Origin: an uncultured virus (IMG/VR IMGVR_UViG_3300027969_000053)
Lineage: Duplodnaviria > Heunggongvirae > Uroviricota > Caudoviricetes
Reading direction: 5' to 3' (one strand)
DNA length: 64,000 bases
Virus record (IMG/VR): IMGVR_UViG_3300027969_000053
The notes beneath the pieces are model-generated. The model was not told where the DNA came from. It saw only the letters and a list, made by a program, of their open reading frames with translations, and ran no database searches. This document shows, piece by piece, positions 17,838 through 27,129 of the stretch. Within the stretch, counting starts at the first letter, position 1; every line of letters starts with the position of its first letter. The position numbers and the translations under genes were made by a program.

Positions 17838-18215
17838 ATGTGGATTGAAAAAGAAACATCAATTGCTGAAATCAAAACATTACTTGATAATGGATATGAA
17901 GTGGAGGTCGATTCTCCCGATGGATATGTTCCTGTTAATTTTTTTATTAATAAAGGAATGTACGAAGAATATGAATTGCACTTGTATGATACTACTACTA
18001 AAGTAAAATGTAACGAAAGTCATTTATTTGAAACTAATCAGGGGTGGATTTCTGCTAAATCATTAGAGTATTCTAATTCGTATTGGGAGTTTATTACTAA
18101 AGACGGACTTAGAATTGGTAAGGTTATTAAGACCAATAATCAAATACCTATTGTAGATATTAATGTAAATCATCCAAATCATAGGTATTATACTAATGGG
18201 GTTTCCTCCCATAAT
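17838..18215 (+). mobile_element. atypically split intein, IntC (126 aa)
   Basis: Block B-like CNESH, block F IVDINV, terminal SHN, +1 Thr. Confidence 0.88.
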
Positions 18216-19010
18216 ACTGGTGTCGGAAAATCTTTGTTTATGTGTCATTTTGCTGCATCAGTTCTTCTTCAAGGAAAAAATGTTTTATACATTACACTTG
18301 AAATGGCAGAGGAAAAGATTGCTGAAAGAATTGACGCAAATCTTCTAAACATTAATATTAAAGACATTGAAACATTACCTAAAATGATGTTTGACTCAAA
18401 AATAAATAGTATTGCGAAGAAGACTCAAGGAACTTTAATTATTAAAGAGTATCCAACTGCTTCCGCACACGCAGGACATTTCAGAGCACTTCTAAATGAA
18501 CTCTCTCTTAAGAAATCATTCAGACCTGATATTATTTTTATTGACTACCTTAATATTTGTGGTTCCTCAAGATATAAGAGTAATTTTTCAGTTAATTCTT
18601 ATTCATATATTAAAGCAATTGCAGAAGAACTTCGTGGTCTTGCAGTTGAAGCAAATGTTCCAATTGTTTCCGCTACTCAAACTACTCGTAGTGGTTTTTC
18701 TAGCTCTGATCCTGATCTTACTGATACTTCTGAATCCTTTGGTCTCCCTGCTACTGCTGATCTTATGTTTGCCCTTATTAGCACAGAAGAGTTGGAACAA
18801 CTCGGGCAGATTATGGTAAAACAATTGAAGAATAGATACAATGACCCAACAATGAATAAAAGATTTGTAGTTGGTATTGACCGTGCGAAGATGAGATTAT
18901 TTGATGTAGAGCAAAGTGCTCAAACCGATATACTTGACTCTGGACAAGAAGAAGAGTATACTTATGAAGAAGATAAACCCAAAAAACAATTCTCTGGATT
19001 TAAATTTTAA
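17838..19010 (+). CDS. gp41: split-intein C part fused to the gp41 helicase C-terminal fragment
   Basis: MWIEKE...YYTNGVSSHN, then TGVGKSLFMCH, ITLEM, IFIDYL, SATQTTR. Confidence 0.93.
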   Translation: MWIEKETSIAEIKTLLDNGYEVEVDSPDGYVPVNFFINKGMYEEYELHLYDTTTKVKCNESHLFETNQGWISAKSLEYSNSYWEFITKDGLRIGKVIKTNNQIPIVDINVNHPNHRYYTNGVSSHNTGVGKSLFMCHFAASVLLQGKNVLYITLEMAEEKIAERIDANLLNINIKDIETLPKMMFDSKINSIAKKTQGTLIIKEYPTASAHAGHFRALLNELSLKKSFRPDIIFIDYLNICGSSRYKSNFSVNSYSYIKAIAEELRGLAVEANVPIVSATQTTRSGFSSSDPDLTDTSESFGLPATADLMFALISTEELEQLGQIMVKQLKNRYNDPTMNKRFVVGIDRAKMRLFDVEQSAQTDILDSGQEEEYTYEEDKPKKQFSGFKF

Positions 19011-19420
19011 TGACTAAAAAAATTGACTTTTCTAAATATCAAAACTTTGTAGATGCTGTAACTAGTGATGCATCTAAAGACTTTCTTGCTCTTTCTGACC
19101 GTATGGTAGAACTTGATGAGAAAGGTGCTAATATTGAAAGACTTTTGACTGCTGGTGTTGGTATTAATGCCGAAGGTGGTGAATTTCTTGAGATTGTGAA
19201 GAAAATGCTATTTCAGGGAAAACCTTGGAATGACGAAACCCGTACTCACCTGATTAAAGAACTTGGAGATACGATGTGGTATGTTGCCCAAGCCTGTATT
19301 GCTCTTGAAGTTTCTTTTGATGAAGTAATTCAAACCAATATTGACAAGCTAATGAAGCGTTATCCAGAAGGTTATTTTGATGCTTACTACAGCGAAAATC
19401 GTGAAGTGGGAGACATTTGA
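19010..19420 (+). CDS. mazG: MazG-like pyrophosphohydrolase
   Basis: EGGEFLEIVKK, KELGDTMWY, NIDKLMKRYP. Confidence 0.92.
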   Translation: MTKKIDFSKYQNFVDAVTSDASKDFLALSDRMVELDEKGANIERLLTAGVGINAEGGEFLEIVKKMLFQGKPWNDETRTHLIKELGDTMWYVAQACIALEVSFDEVIQTNIDKLMKRYPEGYFDAYYSENREVGDI

Positions 19421-19596
19421 TGGCAAAAACTGTAACTATTAAAATGGATGTTCGTTCTGCTGCGGCAGTTCGTCAAATTCTTTTTGAACACCAAAAAACA
19501 TATACTTATGATGAGTATACTATTCCTCCTAGGATTGCTGATATTCGTAGTGTAATTACGGACATTGATAAAAAAATTGAAGAACAAGTAAAATAA
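19420..19596 (+). CDS. small hypothetical protein (58 aa, not in the ORF track)
   Basis: ATG overlaps the mazG stop; MAKTVTIKMDVRSAAAVRQILF... Confidence 0.65.
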   Translation: MAKTVTIKMDVRSAAAVRQILFEHQKTYTYDEYTIPPRIADIRSVITDIDKKIEEQVK

Positions 19597-19602
19597 TAAT
19601 TT

Positions 19603-19641
19603 AATCCCCCCTCTTTCTAAATATAAGAAAGAGGGGGGATT
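19603..19641 (+). promoter_or_regulatory. perfect 16-bp inverted repeat spanning a late-promoter core and the RBS
   Basis: AATCCCCCCTCTTTCT-AAATATA-AGAAAGAGGGGGGATT; CTAAATA across the loop; ATG at 19646. Confidence 0.7.
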
Positions 19642-19645
19642 TCTT

Positions 19646-21148
19646 ATGGCAGTTGGAGCTTCTATGAATGAAACATTTTTTGCAATATATTATGTAATTG
19701 CAAAAAAATCTAAAGCAAATAATAAAAGGGATTTTATTTTAAATACTATTGAAATTAATCCTTCTTTTTGGAAAAATTCTTATCTTTTGCCCGGTACATT
19801 ATCCGGAGCTTTAAAAAAACTTGGAATAGATGATGAATTAAGTTCTTTGAATAGTGATATTAGAAGACTTGGTAGGGAAAGGCCCGAAGAAATTTATGAT
19901 TTTTTTGAAAGAAGAAAATGGGACGATTTGTTGAAACAGCAAACAATTAATTTTTCAAAAAATCCTAAAACTGCTTTCATACGAAATAATAATCTTTCAT
20001 TATTGAGAGGTAGTGAATTTTTAGAAAAATCAAATTTAAAAGAATTTTTAAAAAAATTTAGAAAAATTTATTTTGGAGTTTCTGGATTATATAAAGATGA
20101 AAGATGGAATCCAAGTGATATTTGGTTTTATAATCAAAATAGTTTAAAGGAAATACAGGATTACATATCTCAAACATCTATTATAAAAAATGATATAAAA
20201 AATAAAGAAATTATAAAAAATTTAGCATTAGAAGACATCAATGGTCTTAATCAATTAATATTTAAATTATATAAAGATAAAAATTTAGCCCCAATTTCAT
20301 TAAAAAAAGCTTCTCTTGGGGTTGCCGGAAGTTCTTCTTTAAATATTAGTTTGATAAATTCTCCCGAAAAACCATATAGATATAAACCATCACTGGAGAA
20401 AATTACAAACATTAAAAATTCAATAAACTCTAACTCATATGAAATCAATGGCGAACTTTCATTTCAAATAGAAGTAGAACATATTGTTTTAACTGAAACT
20501 GGAAAAAAAGTACCCAAAAAAATAATAGATAAAGTTTTTTATAATGATGCTGGTAATGGATTTAAATCTCAAACCAAAGGTGCCCCAGCTGCTGCAGGAC
20601 AAGTTGGAAAAAAAATAATAGAAAAAAATGTATATACTTCAAATGCATTAAAAAAAATATTAAATATTCGCAAATCAACTATTAAAAATAATTTTAACAA
20701 AAAGGATATAATTAGTAATATTCCTTTAAGTGGAAGAGCACAAAGTCCTACAACTAATTCATCTGTTGAATATTTACAAAAATTAGCAGAAGATGCAGAC
20801 CATTCTTTAATTAATAAAACACCTAATATAAAGTCTTACTTTCCCAACACGTCTGCTCAAGATAAACTTGAAATTAATTTTGCAATTGATAATGCAGGCA
20901 CAAAAAAAGAACAAGATGAAATTAGAATCAATCTTTGGGAATCTTGTACTAGTAGAGGAATTGTAGATAGAAAAGAATATGAAAAAATGGTTACTAGAAT
21001 TGGAGCAAGATTGCATAAAAAATCAAGAAAAAAAGGACAACAAAATATGACTATCCAAGAGGCAGAAAATTTAGCTAAAGATTTGATGAGGGCAAGAAAT
21101 GTCAATCCAACAAGAATACCATCTTCATTTCATATAAAATTATATTGA
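19646..21148 (+). CDS. basic protein with PD-(D/E)XK-like nuclease motifs
   Basis: N-terminal NE, WNPSDIW, PISLKK; very AT-rich. Confidence 0.55.
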   Translation: MAVGASMNETFFAIYYVIAKKSKANNKRDFILNTIEINPSFWKNSYLLPGTLSGALKKLGIDDELSSLNSDIRRLGRERPEEIYDFFERRKWDDLLKQQTINFSKNPKTAFIRNNNLSLLRGSEFLEKSNLKEFLKKFRKIYFGVSGLYKDERWNPSDIWFYNQNSLKEIQDYISQTSIIKNDIKNKEIIKNLALEDINGLNQLIFKLYKDKNLAPISLKKASLGVAGSSSLNISLINSPEKPYRYKPSLEKITNIKNSINSNSYEINGELSFQIEVEHIVLTETGKKVPKKIIDKVFYNDAGNGFKSQTKGAPAAAGQVGKKIIEKNVYTSNALKKILNIRKSTIKNNFNKKDIISNIPLSGRAQSPTTNSSVEYLQKLAEDADHSLINKTPNIKSYFPNTSAQDKLEINFAIDNAGTKKEQDEIRINLWESCTSRGIVDRKEYEKMVTRIGARLHKKSRKKGQQNMTIQEAENLAKDLMRARNVNPTRIPSSFHIKLY

Positions 21149-21172
21149 ATAAATAACTAAAAACCAATATAA

Positions 21173-22366
21173 ATGAAGACTTTTGCCCAGTTTATAATAG
21201 AAGCACGAACTACTGCCGCATCCACGGAAGCAAAGAATCGTGGTCTTAAAAGTGATGCCCATGGAGATTATTACGATAATCAAGGAAATCTTGTAGCAAA
21301 AACTGTGGGAGGAAAGTTACAATATTTTGGTCAAGGTGGTGCCGGGGCACAACAGCAGCAACAAACACAACAAAGGACTTCACAAACATCATCACAACAA
21401 ACTGCGCCACAGCAGACTCAAACTGCACCACAGGAAGAGCAACAAGAACCAAATGGTGCAGTAATTGTATTGGGAAGATTCAATCCGCCATCCAAAAATC
21501 ACGAAGCACTTTTGAGATCGGGATATTCGCAAGCAAATAGAAGAAAATTTGAATATCGCATATACCCAAGTCGTATTCAGGATGATGCTACAAATCCATT
21601 GAATGTAAGACTTAAAGTTTCTTATATGCAATCAATGTATCCACAATATGCAGAATATATTGTGGATAGTGATAAGATGAAAACAATATTTGATGTTCTT
21701 GAATCTTTATATGGTGATGGATATACTGATGTAGTTATCGTTGTTGGTCAAGATAGACTTGGAGAATTTCAAAGTTTAGCACACAAAGGCGAAGGAGAAG
21801 CATATCAATTCAATACCATTCAGGTAATTTCTGCTGGTGTGAAAGATCCAGATAGTGATGTTGGAGGTGCTGGTTCTTCTGCGATGATGAGAACCGCTGC
21901 TGCTATGGGAGATTTTGAAAAGTTTTCAAGTGGCCTTCCCGCTACTATGAAGGTTAGTGAAAGAAAAGAAATGTTTAATACTATAAAAAGGTCTATGAAG
22001 GTAAATGAAAATACTGAATTATGGAAAATAGCGCCTGAACTTGATTATAATGGAATGAGATGGAACTATAAGAAAAATGGATTATTTGAGGTGGGAGCAT
22101 TCGTTGAAAATTTAAATACTGGATTAGTTGGAAGAATACTTCGCAAGGGGTCAAATCATCTTATCTGTGTGACAGAAGATGGAGTAATGTTTAAGAGTTG
22201 GTTAAGAGATTTGAGAGAAGTTCAAGAGATTGGAACTTGTGATTATAGAGCACACGCGCAATCAATGACGCCCGGACAACCAGTAGTTCCTTATACGGAT
22301 ACTGAAATTAAAATAACAGTACCAAAGAAAAAGATAAATACTAAAAGAAATAGTGGGTCTAAGTAA
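21173..22366 (+). CDS. cytidylyltransferase-like protein with capsid-targeting-like N-terminus
   Basis: GRFNPPSKNHEAL, VVGQDR, SSAMMR; begins MKTFAQFIIEA. Confidence 0.75.
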   Translation: MKTFAQFIIEARTTAASTEAKNRGLKSDAHGDYYDNQGNLVAKTVGGKLQYFGQGGAGAQQQQQTQQRTSQTSSQQTAPQQTQTAPQEEQQEPNGAVIVLGRFNPPSKNHEALLRSGYSQANRRKFEYRIYPSRIQDDATNPLNVRLKVSYMQSMYPQYAEYIVDSDKMKTIFDVLESLYGDGYTDVVIVVGQDRLGEFQSLAHKGEGEAYQFNTIQVISAGVKDPDSDVGGAGSSAMMRTAAAMGDFEKFSSGLPATMKVSERKEMFNTIKRSMKVNENTELWKIAPELDYNGMRWNYKKNGLFEVGAFVENLNTGLVGRILRKGSNHLICVTEDGVMFKSWLRDLREVQEIGTCDYRAHAQSMTPGQPVVPYTDTEIKITVPKKKINTKRNSGSK

Positions 22367-22370
22367 AAAA

Positions 22371-24293
22371 ATGAAGACTTGGAAAGAAATTATTACCGAA
22401 GCGAAAACAAAAAGAGAGCAACAACTTGCAGCTGCGACTGCACAACTTGCTGATAAAGACCCATCAATGCCAAAATCTCTTCAAAGTAAAGAAAAGAAAG
22501 CAAAAGACAAAAGAGACTATCAATCGGCTCATACCCAACTGTTGAGAGATATTCACCAGTTCAAAAAAGAAAAATATGAAGCACAAAAACAAGCACAAAT
22601 TGATAAATTAAAGAAACAGGGAGTAGAGAAACACGCAGCAGCAGCAAAAGCATCTATTTCTGGCATTAAAACCCAACAGATTAGTAGTCAAGATAAAGAA
22701 GGAACTGCATATTCCAAAGCAATGGGAAATGTAGGTTCTGCTGCTGCTGGCGTTGCTGGTGCAGCAGTTAATCTTACAAAGTTGACTTTTGCAAAAAGAA
22801 AAGCAAATGCAGCAGCAAATGCAGCAAAAAAAGCACAACCAGAAAAGAAAGAACCAGGGGCACCTGGAAGACCACCACAAGCAAATAAAACTGCACCAGC
22901 AACTCCTGGGACTGGATCTTCAAGTTCAGCACCTACGCCAAAAGCAACTGCACCAGCAACTAGACCCGCTGGACCCAAAGGACCTTCTGGACCATCGGGA
23001 CCAGCAGCAATGAGACCAAAAGGACCTTCTGGACCAAAAGGACCATCGGGACCAGCAGCAATGAGACCAAAAGGACCGGGATCTAATGTATCAACCGGAC
23101 AAAAACCAACTGCGCCAGCATCAACAACACCAACAGTTCCAGCGAAACGTGTTGTGCATAAAGCACCAACCGCATTTGGATTTCCTGTTGGTCGTTTAGC
23201 TACAGCAACTGCAGTTGCTGGTAAAACTTTATCCGGAAAATTTCATACTATTGGACGAGGAGGAGAAAATCCACTCAGCAAAAGAATTGATAAAGCCAAT
23301 GCGGTAAAAAGACCATATAAAGGAAATACGTCAAATATTAGAGAAAAATATTCCAATTGGAGAGATGAATTGCTCACCGAACAGGGATTGATTATTGAAA
23401 TTGATGATTTTGGATTAAAAGATAACAAAAAAGAAAAAGGAGAGAAAAAGATTATTGACGTGATGAAAGGAAAGAATAAGATTGATATTAATCCAAATGA
23501 AACTTCGGTTAAAGAAGAGGTGTCTGGTGTGGATACTCAACAAAATCCAAATCAAGCAAATGATTTAGAAAAAAAACAAAAAGCAATACAAAGACAAATC
23601 TTATTGAAAAAAATACAGTCATTATCTGTTCCTGGTCCAACTGATATTACTGCATCTTATGACCCAAGAATTGAAGAGGCATATAAAGACGAAGAAGGCG
23701 GAATGTCCCGCAATGAACTTTCTACTGTGGAAAGAGCAATCAAATCTCTTCGTAAAAAAATAAAGTCTAATAATCAACAGTTGCCTGCTTGGGTCCAATC
23801 TAAAATCACAAAAGCAGCAGACTATATTGATACTGCTGCAGATTATATGTCAGGTGAAACTGAACAAGTTAAAGAAGCATATGATGATGACAATGAAACT
23901 TTCCGTCAGCATTCTCGTGAGAGATTTACTGCTGGTCCTGCTGATGATGATGGAGCACAAAGAACTTCTAGAATTCTTCAAAGAATGAAAGAAATGAATA
24001 AAGATGCTGAACCAAAGAAAAAGAAAAAGAAAAAAAAAAATAAACTAAAAGAAGAAGGACCCGTATTATCTGTTGGTAGAGGTGAAAAACTTTCAGTAGA
24101 AAAGGGTGGTGGACTTACTCAAAAAGGCAGAGATAAATATAATCGTGCTACTGGTTCGCATCTTCAAGCACCAGTAACTGGTGATGTAAAACCAGGAAGT
24201 AAAGCAGCAAAACGTAGAAAAAACTTCTGTTCTCGTAGTAGAAGTTGGCATGGTGAAAGAGGATTAGCAGCAAGAAGACGTTGGAAGTGTTAG
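22371..24293 (+). CDS. large low-complexity putative internal virion protein
   Basis: Begins MKTWKEIITEA after ATAAATA(22334-22340); Pro/Gly/Ala tract; PAWVQSKITKAADYID; ends RRRWKC. Confidence 0.7.
   Translation: MKTWKEIITEAKTKREQQLAAATAQLADKDPSMPKSLQSKEKKAKDKRDYQSAHTQLLRDIHQFKKEKYEAQKQAQIDKLKKQGVEKHAAAAKASISGIKTQQISSQDKEGTAYSKAMGNVGSAAAGVAGAAVNLTKLTFAKRKANAAANAAKKAQPEKKEPGAPGRPPQANKTAPATPGTGSSSSAPTPKATAPATRPAGPKGPSGPSGPAAMRPKGPSGPKGPSGPAAMRPKGPGSNVSTGQKPTAPASTTPTVPAKRVVHKAPTAFGFPVGRLATATAVAGKTLSGKFHTIGRGGENPLSKRIDKANAVKRPYKGNTSNIREKYSNWRDELLTEQGLIIEIDDFGLKDNKKEKGEKKIIDVMKGKNKIDINPNETSVKEEVSGVDTQQNPNQANDLEKKQKAIQRQILLKKIQSLSVPGPTDITASYDPRIEEAYKDEEGGMSRNELSTVERAIKSLRKKIKSNNQQLPAWVQSKITKAADYIDTAADYMSGETEQVKEAYDDDNETFRQHSRERFTAGPADDDGAQRTSRILQRMKEMNKDAEPKKKKKKKKNKLKEEGPVLSVGRGEKLSVEKGGGLTQKGRDKYNRATGSHLQAPVTGDVKPGSKAAKRRKNFCSRSRSWHGERGLAARRRWKC
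22970..23078 (+). repeat. in-frame imperfect tandem repeat encoding GPKGPSGP/AAMRPK
   Basis: GGACCATCGGGACCAGCAGCAATGAGACCAAAAGGACC occurs twice about 51 bp apart, with shorter GGACC units. Confidence 0.85.
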
Positions 24294-24294
24294 T

Positions 24295-25311
24295 ATGTCT
24301 CAAGATTTGAATGATTTTTTTAAATTATTAGCAGAAGATAAGAAACAAAAAAAAGAAGAATTTGATAATCTTGTAGGAGATTTGGGATTAAATTCTCTTT
24401 TTGGTGAATTTGCTGCAATTAAAAAAGAACAAAAAGAAAAAAAGATAGAAGAAAAGAAAAAAACAGAATCTATTATTGGTGAACTTACTTTAGATTCTGT
24501 TTTTAAAGAAGTTGTTAATTTAAAAAAAGAAACAAAAAAGAAAAAAGTACAAGAACAAAAAACAATCCAAGCATTTGAAACTTGGTTATATTCTGATTCT
24601 GTATTGGAACAAGATGAAATAATCAATGAAGTTATTGAAGAATCTTTGGAAGAAGTTCTTGAGGTTCTTGAAGATAACAAAGAAGAATTGGAAGAATTTA
24701 ATAAAATTGAAGAACCAACATTAATTGAAAAATCATTAGGTCTTCTTGCCGAACCAAGTGATGTCAAGCAACAAAATGACCCATTAACTCCATTAGATCA
24801 AAAGTTCGCAACACTTGATGATTTACAAAAACATTACAGTACTTTCCTTTCTCGTATTCAACAACAACTTTCCACATTAGGTGGAGGGGGAGAAACCAGA
24901 TTAAGATACTTGGATGATATTGTAGGTATTGCAACGAATTCTGGTGCTTATGATGGAAAGTATTTGCAATGGAACTCTACTACTAATAAAGCAGAATTTA
25001 CTGACCCAAGTGATTCAGAATCTACAACAATAGTTTCAATTACTGGAATTACCACTTACTATCAGGCAACCGATAATGATGATTATATTGGTGTCAATGC
25101 TAGTGTTCCTGTAACAATAGTTCTTCCAACATCTCCAAATACTGGAAAAAAAATCATCGTCAAAGATGAGGGAAATAATATATCTACATATAGTATTAGA
25201 GTTCAATCAGGTATTGGTAAAAGTGTAGAAAACGATACTTCTGTGATTATGTCTATCAATCATCAATCACTAACATATTTTTTTAATGGAAACAATTGGT
25301 TTATTATCTAA
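24295..25311 (+). CDS. putative structural protein (coiled coil plus beta-rich C-terminal domain)
   Basis: LSTLGGGGE..LRYLDD; YIGVNASVPVTIVLP...IIVKDE. Confidence 0.6.
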   Translation: MSQDLNDFFKLLAEDKKQKKEEFDNLVGDLGLNSLFGEFAAIKKEQKEKKIEEKKKTESIIGELTLDSVFKEVVNLKKETKKKKVQEQKTIQAFETWLYSDSVLEQDEIINEVIEESLEEVLEVLEDNKEELEEFNKIEEPTLIEKSLGLLAEPSDVKQQNDPLTPLDQKFATLDDLQKHYSTFLSRIQQQLSTLGGGGETRLRYLDDIVGIATNSGAYDGKYLQWNSTTNKAEFTDPSDSESTTIVSITGITTYYQATDNDDYIGVNASVPVTIVLPTSPNTGKKIIVKDEGNNISTYSIRVQSGIGKSVENDTSVIMSINHQSLTYFFNGNNWFII

Positions 25312-25413
25312 CTAAATATCAATACCTGTGTGGTTCGCATCTATCAGGTGGAAAGGGTGCTTTCGGGCACCTTTTCTTGTATAAATAGTATTGCGAACCA
25401 TAACAGAATAAAA
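25312..25413 (+). ncRNA. candidate small structured RNA cassette with two late promoters, copy 2
   Basis: CTAAATA(25312-25318); ACCTG/CAGGT stem with loop TGTGGTTCGCA; GGTGC-TTTCGG-GCACC hairpin plus T-run; TATAAATA(25380-25387); TGCGAACCATA. Confidence 0.6.
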
Positions 25414-25980
25414 ATGATTTATTACACTTACGCATATTTGCGGGTAGATAGAACACCTTATTACATAGGAAAAGGAAAAGGTAATAGGGCATATAGAAGA
25501 AGATATAAAGGTGAAGTAAGAGCACCAAAGGATAAGTCAAGAATAATTTTCCTAAAACAAAACTTAACCGAAGAAGAAGCATTTAAGCACGAAATCTATA
25601 TGATTGCCGTGTTCGGCAGGATAGATTTAGGAACTGGTATTCTTCACAATAGAACTGATGGTGGTGAAGGTGCTTCTGGTGCTATAAGAAGTGAAGAAAC
25701 AAAATTAAAAATGAGAACTCCTAAAAAAACAACAATAAATATGAAAAAACCAAAAAGTGAGGAGCATAAGAAAAAAATAGGATTGCGTAGAAAAGGAAAA
25801 AAACACACGGAAGAAGCAAGAAAAAAAATGAGTGATGCTCAGGTTAGGAGAATTATCACTGATGAATTTAGAGAAAAAATTCAAAAAAGTAGAATGGGAA
25901 GAAAACATTCCGAAGAAACAAAACAAAAAATGAGAGAAAAAGCATTATTAAGAGAAGAACTAAAACGGAACAATAAATAA
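25414..25980 (+). CDS. GIY-YIG homing endonuclease with NUMOD3 repeats, paralog of 7049..7618
   Basis: [52 protein letters not shown] and GRKHSEE. Confidence 0.88.
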   Translation: MIYYTYAYLRVDRTPYYIGKGKGNRAYRRRYKGEVRAPKDKSRIIFLKQNLTEEEAFKHEIYMIAVFGRIDLGTGILHNRTDGGEGASGAIRSEETKLKMRTPKKTTINMKKPKSEEHKKKIGLRRKGKKHTEEARKKMSDAQVRRIITDEFREKIQKSRMGRKHSEETKQKMREKALLREELKRNNK

Positions 25981-25998
25981 GGTATCAATATAATTGTT

Positions 25999-26775
25999 AT
26001 GTCTTATAATCCACTTCCCCAACCAGCACAATCCGTAGTTTTTACTGGGGCAGGAAATACAGTAGTAAGTTTTTCCAATCCATTTCCAGTATCGTTGGGT
26101 TCTTCCAATATTACGATTACTGGTAATGTAAATGTTGGAACCACAGTATCAGTCACAAGTTCTCCACAAAATCCAAATCATGTACATCTTACAGAAGTTG
26201 GAACATCAGGAATTCTAACAACACCATACCTTCCAGTAGGTATATCAACTTTTAATAATATTATAGTTGTCAAACAACCTGAAGGCAGTTTATATTCATT
26301 TAACAATCACGCAACAAATACAAATCGTGGTTGGACTATGGATGATACAATGAGACCCGTAATGAGTATTAGAGTAAATAGTTCTGGAACTACTATATCA
26401 GATTTGGCAGAAATTACAGAATATGAAATTGGAAATAATAACGCCAATCAAAGTACTATCATCTATGAGTGGTATGAGGGTGATATTAATATTGCTGGAG
26501 CAGCAATTCCTGCTTGGAATTCATTAGGAACAAAATTACAATATAGAGTATATCAAGATAAGTATAGTACTAATACGGGAAATACCTTCACACAAAATAG
26601 TTCTGTTATGAGACATAGTGGAGTTATTATTGGAAAAAATACTTCAGGTGATGAAGGACCATCAACTATGCATGGTGGAGCATCTCCAAATATGCTTACA
26701 CTTTGTATGAAAAGAGTTGATAATTCAACAAAATTAGATGTTTGGTTTGCTTTTACTTGTAAGGAATTATCGTAA
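25999..26775 (+). CDS. putative virion structural protein
   Basis: S/T/N/G-rich; ATAAATA at 25973-25979. Confidence 0.6.
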   Translation: MSYNPLPQPAQSVVFTGAGNTVVSFSNPFPVSLGSSNITITGNVNVGTTVSVTSSPQNPNHVHLTEVGTSGILTTPYLPVGISTFNNIIVVKQPEGSLYSFNNHATNTNRGWTMDDTMRPVMSIRVNSSGTTISDLAEITEYEIGNNNANQSTIIYEWYEGDINIAGAAIPAWNSLGTKLQYRVYQDKYSTNTGNTFTQNSSVMRHSGVIIGKNTSGDEGPSTMHGGASPNMLTLCMKRVDNSTKLDVWFAFTCKELS

Positions 26776-26854
26776 ATAGTAATAATTACTTCTATGAATG
26801 TTATTGGGAACTTGTAAGTAATAAATAAGATAGGATACTTCACCGGAGGTTATT

Positions 26855-27040
26855 ATGTCTACAGCACTAATACTTGGATTTTTTAAAGCAAATCCAACAC
26901 TCATTTTAACTATTCTTTTTGCAGTTTCGGAAGCACTTGGAGCAAATCCAAAAGTCAAAGCAAACGGTCTTCTTTCACTTATTCTTTTACAAGTCCAAGG
27001 ACAACTAAAAGGCAAAGGTGCTAAAGATTTGACACCTTAA
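26855..27040 (+). CDS. small membrane protein
   Basis: GGAGG Shine-Dalgarno, ATAAATA upstream, hydrophobic segments. Confidence 0.65.
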   Translation: MSTALILGFFKANPTLILTILFAVSEALGANPKVKANGLLSLILLQVQGQLKGKGAKDLTP

Positions 27041-27063
27041 ATATAAATCAAATATATCACTAA

Positions 27064-27096
27064 ATGGAGACTTAATTTATAGGTCTCCATTTTTTT
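27064..27096 (+). terminator. intrinsic terminator
   Basis: ATGGAGACT...GGTCTCCAT plus T-run, followed by TATAAATA. Confidence 0.7.
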
Positions 27097-27129
27097 ATAA
27101 ATAAAAATAGGAAACTTACGGAAAAGAGA

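Noticed and set aside
22970..23078. CRISPR-like or guide-RNA array
   Set aside because: The repeats are in-frame codon duplications within a long ORF with no unique spacers; I saw no cas gene in the window
25330..25413. ORF-track upstream starts for the GIY-YIG genes (25330 and 7025)
   Set aside because: They run through the RNA cassette or leader; the two paralogs align from ATG 25414 and ATG 7049
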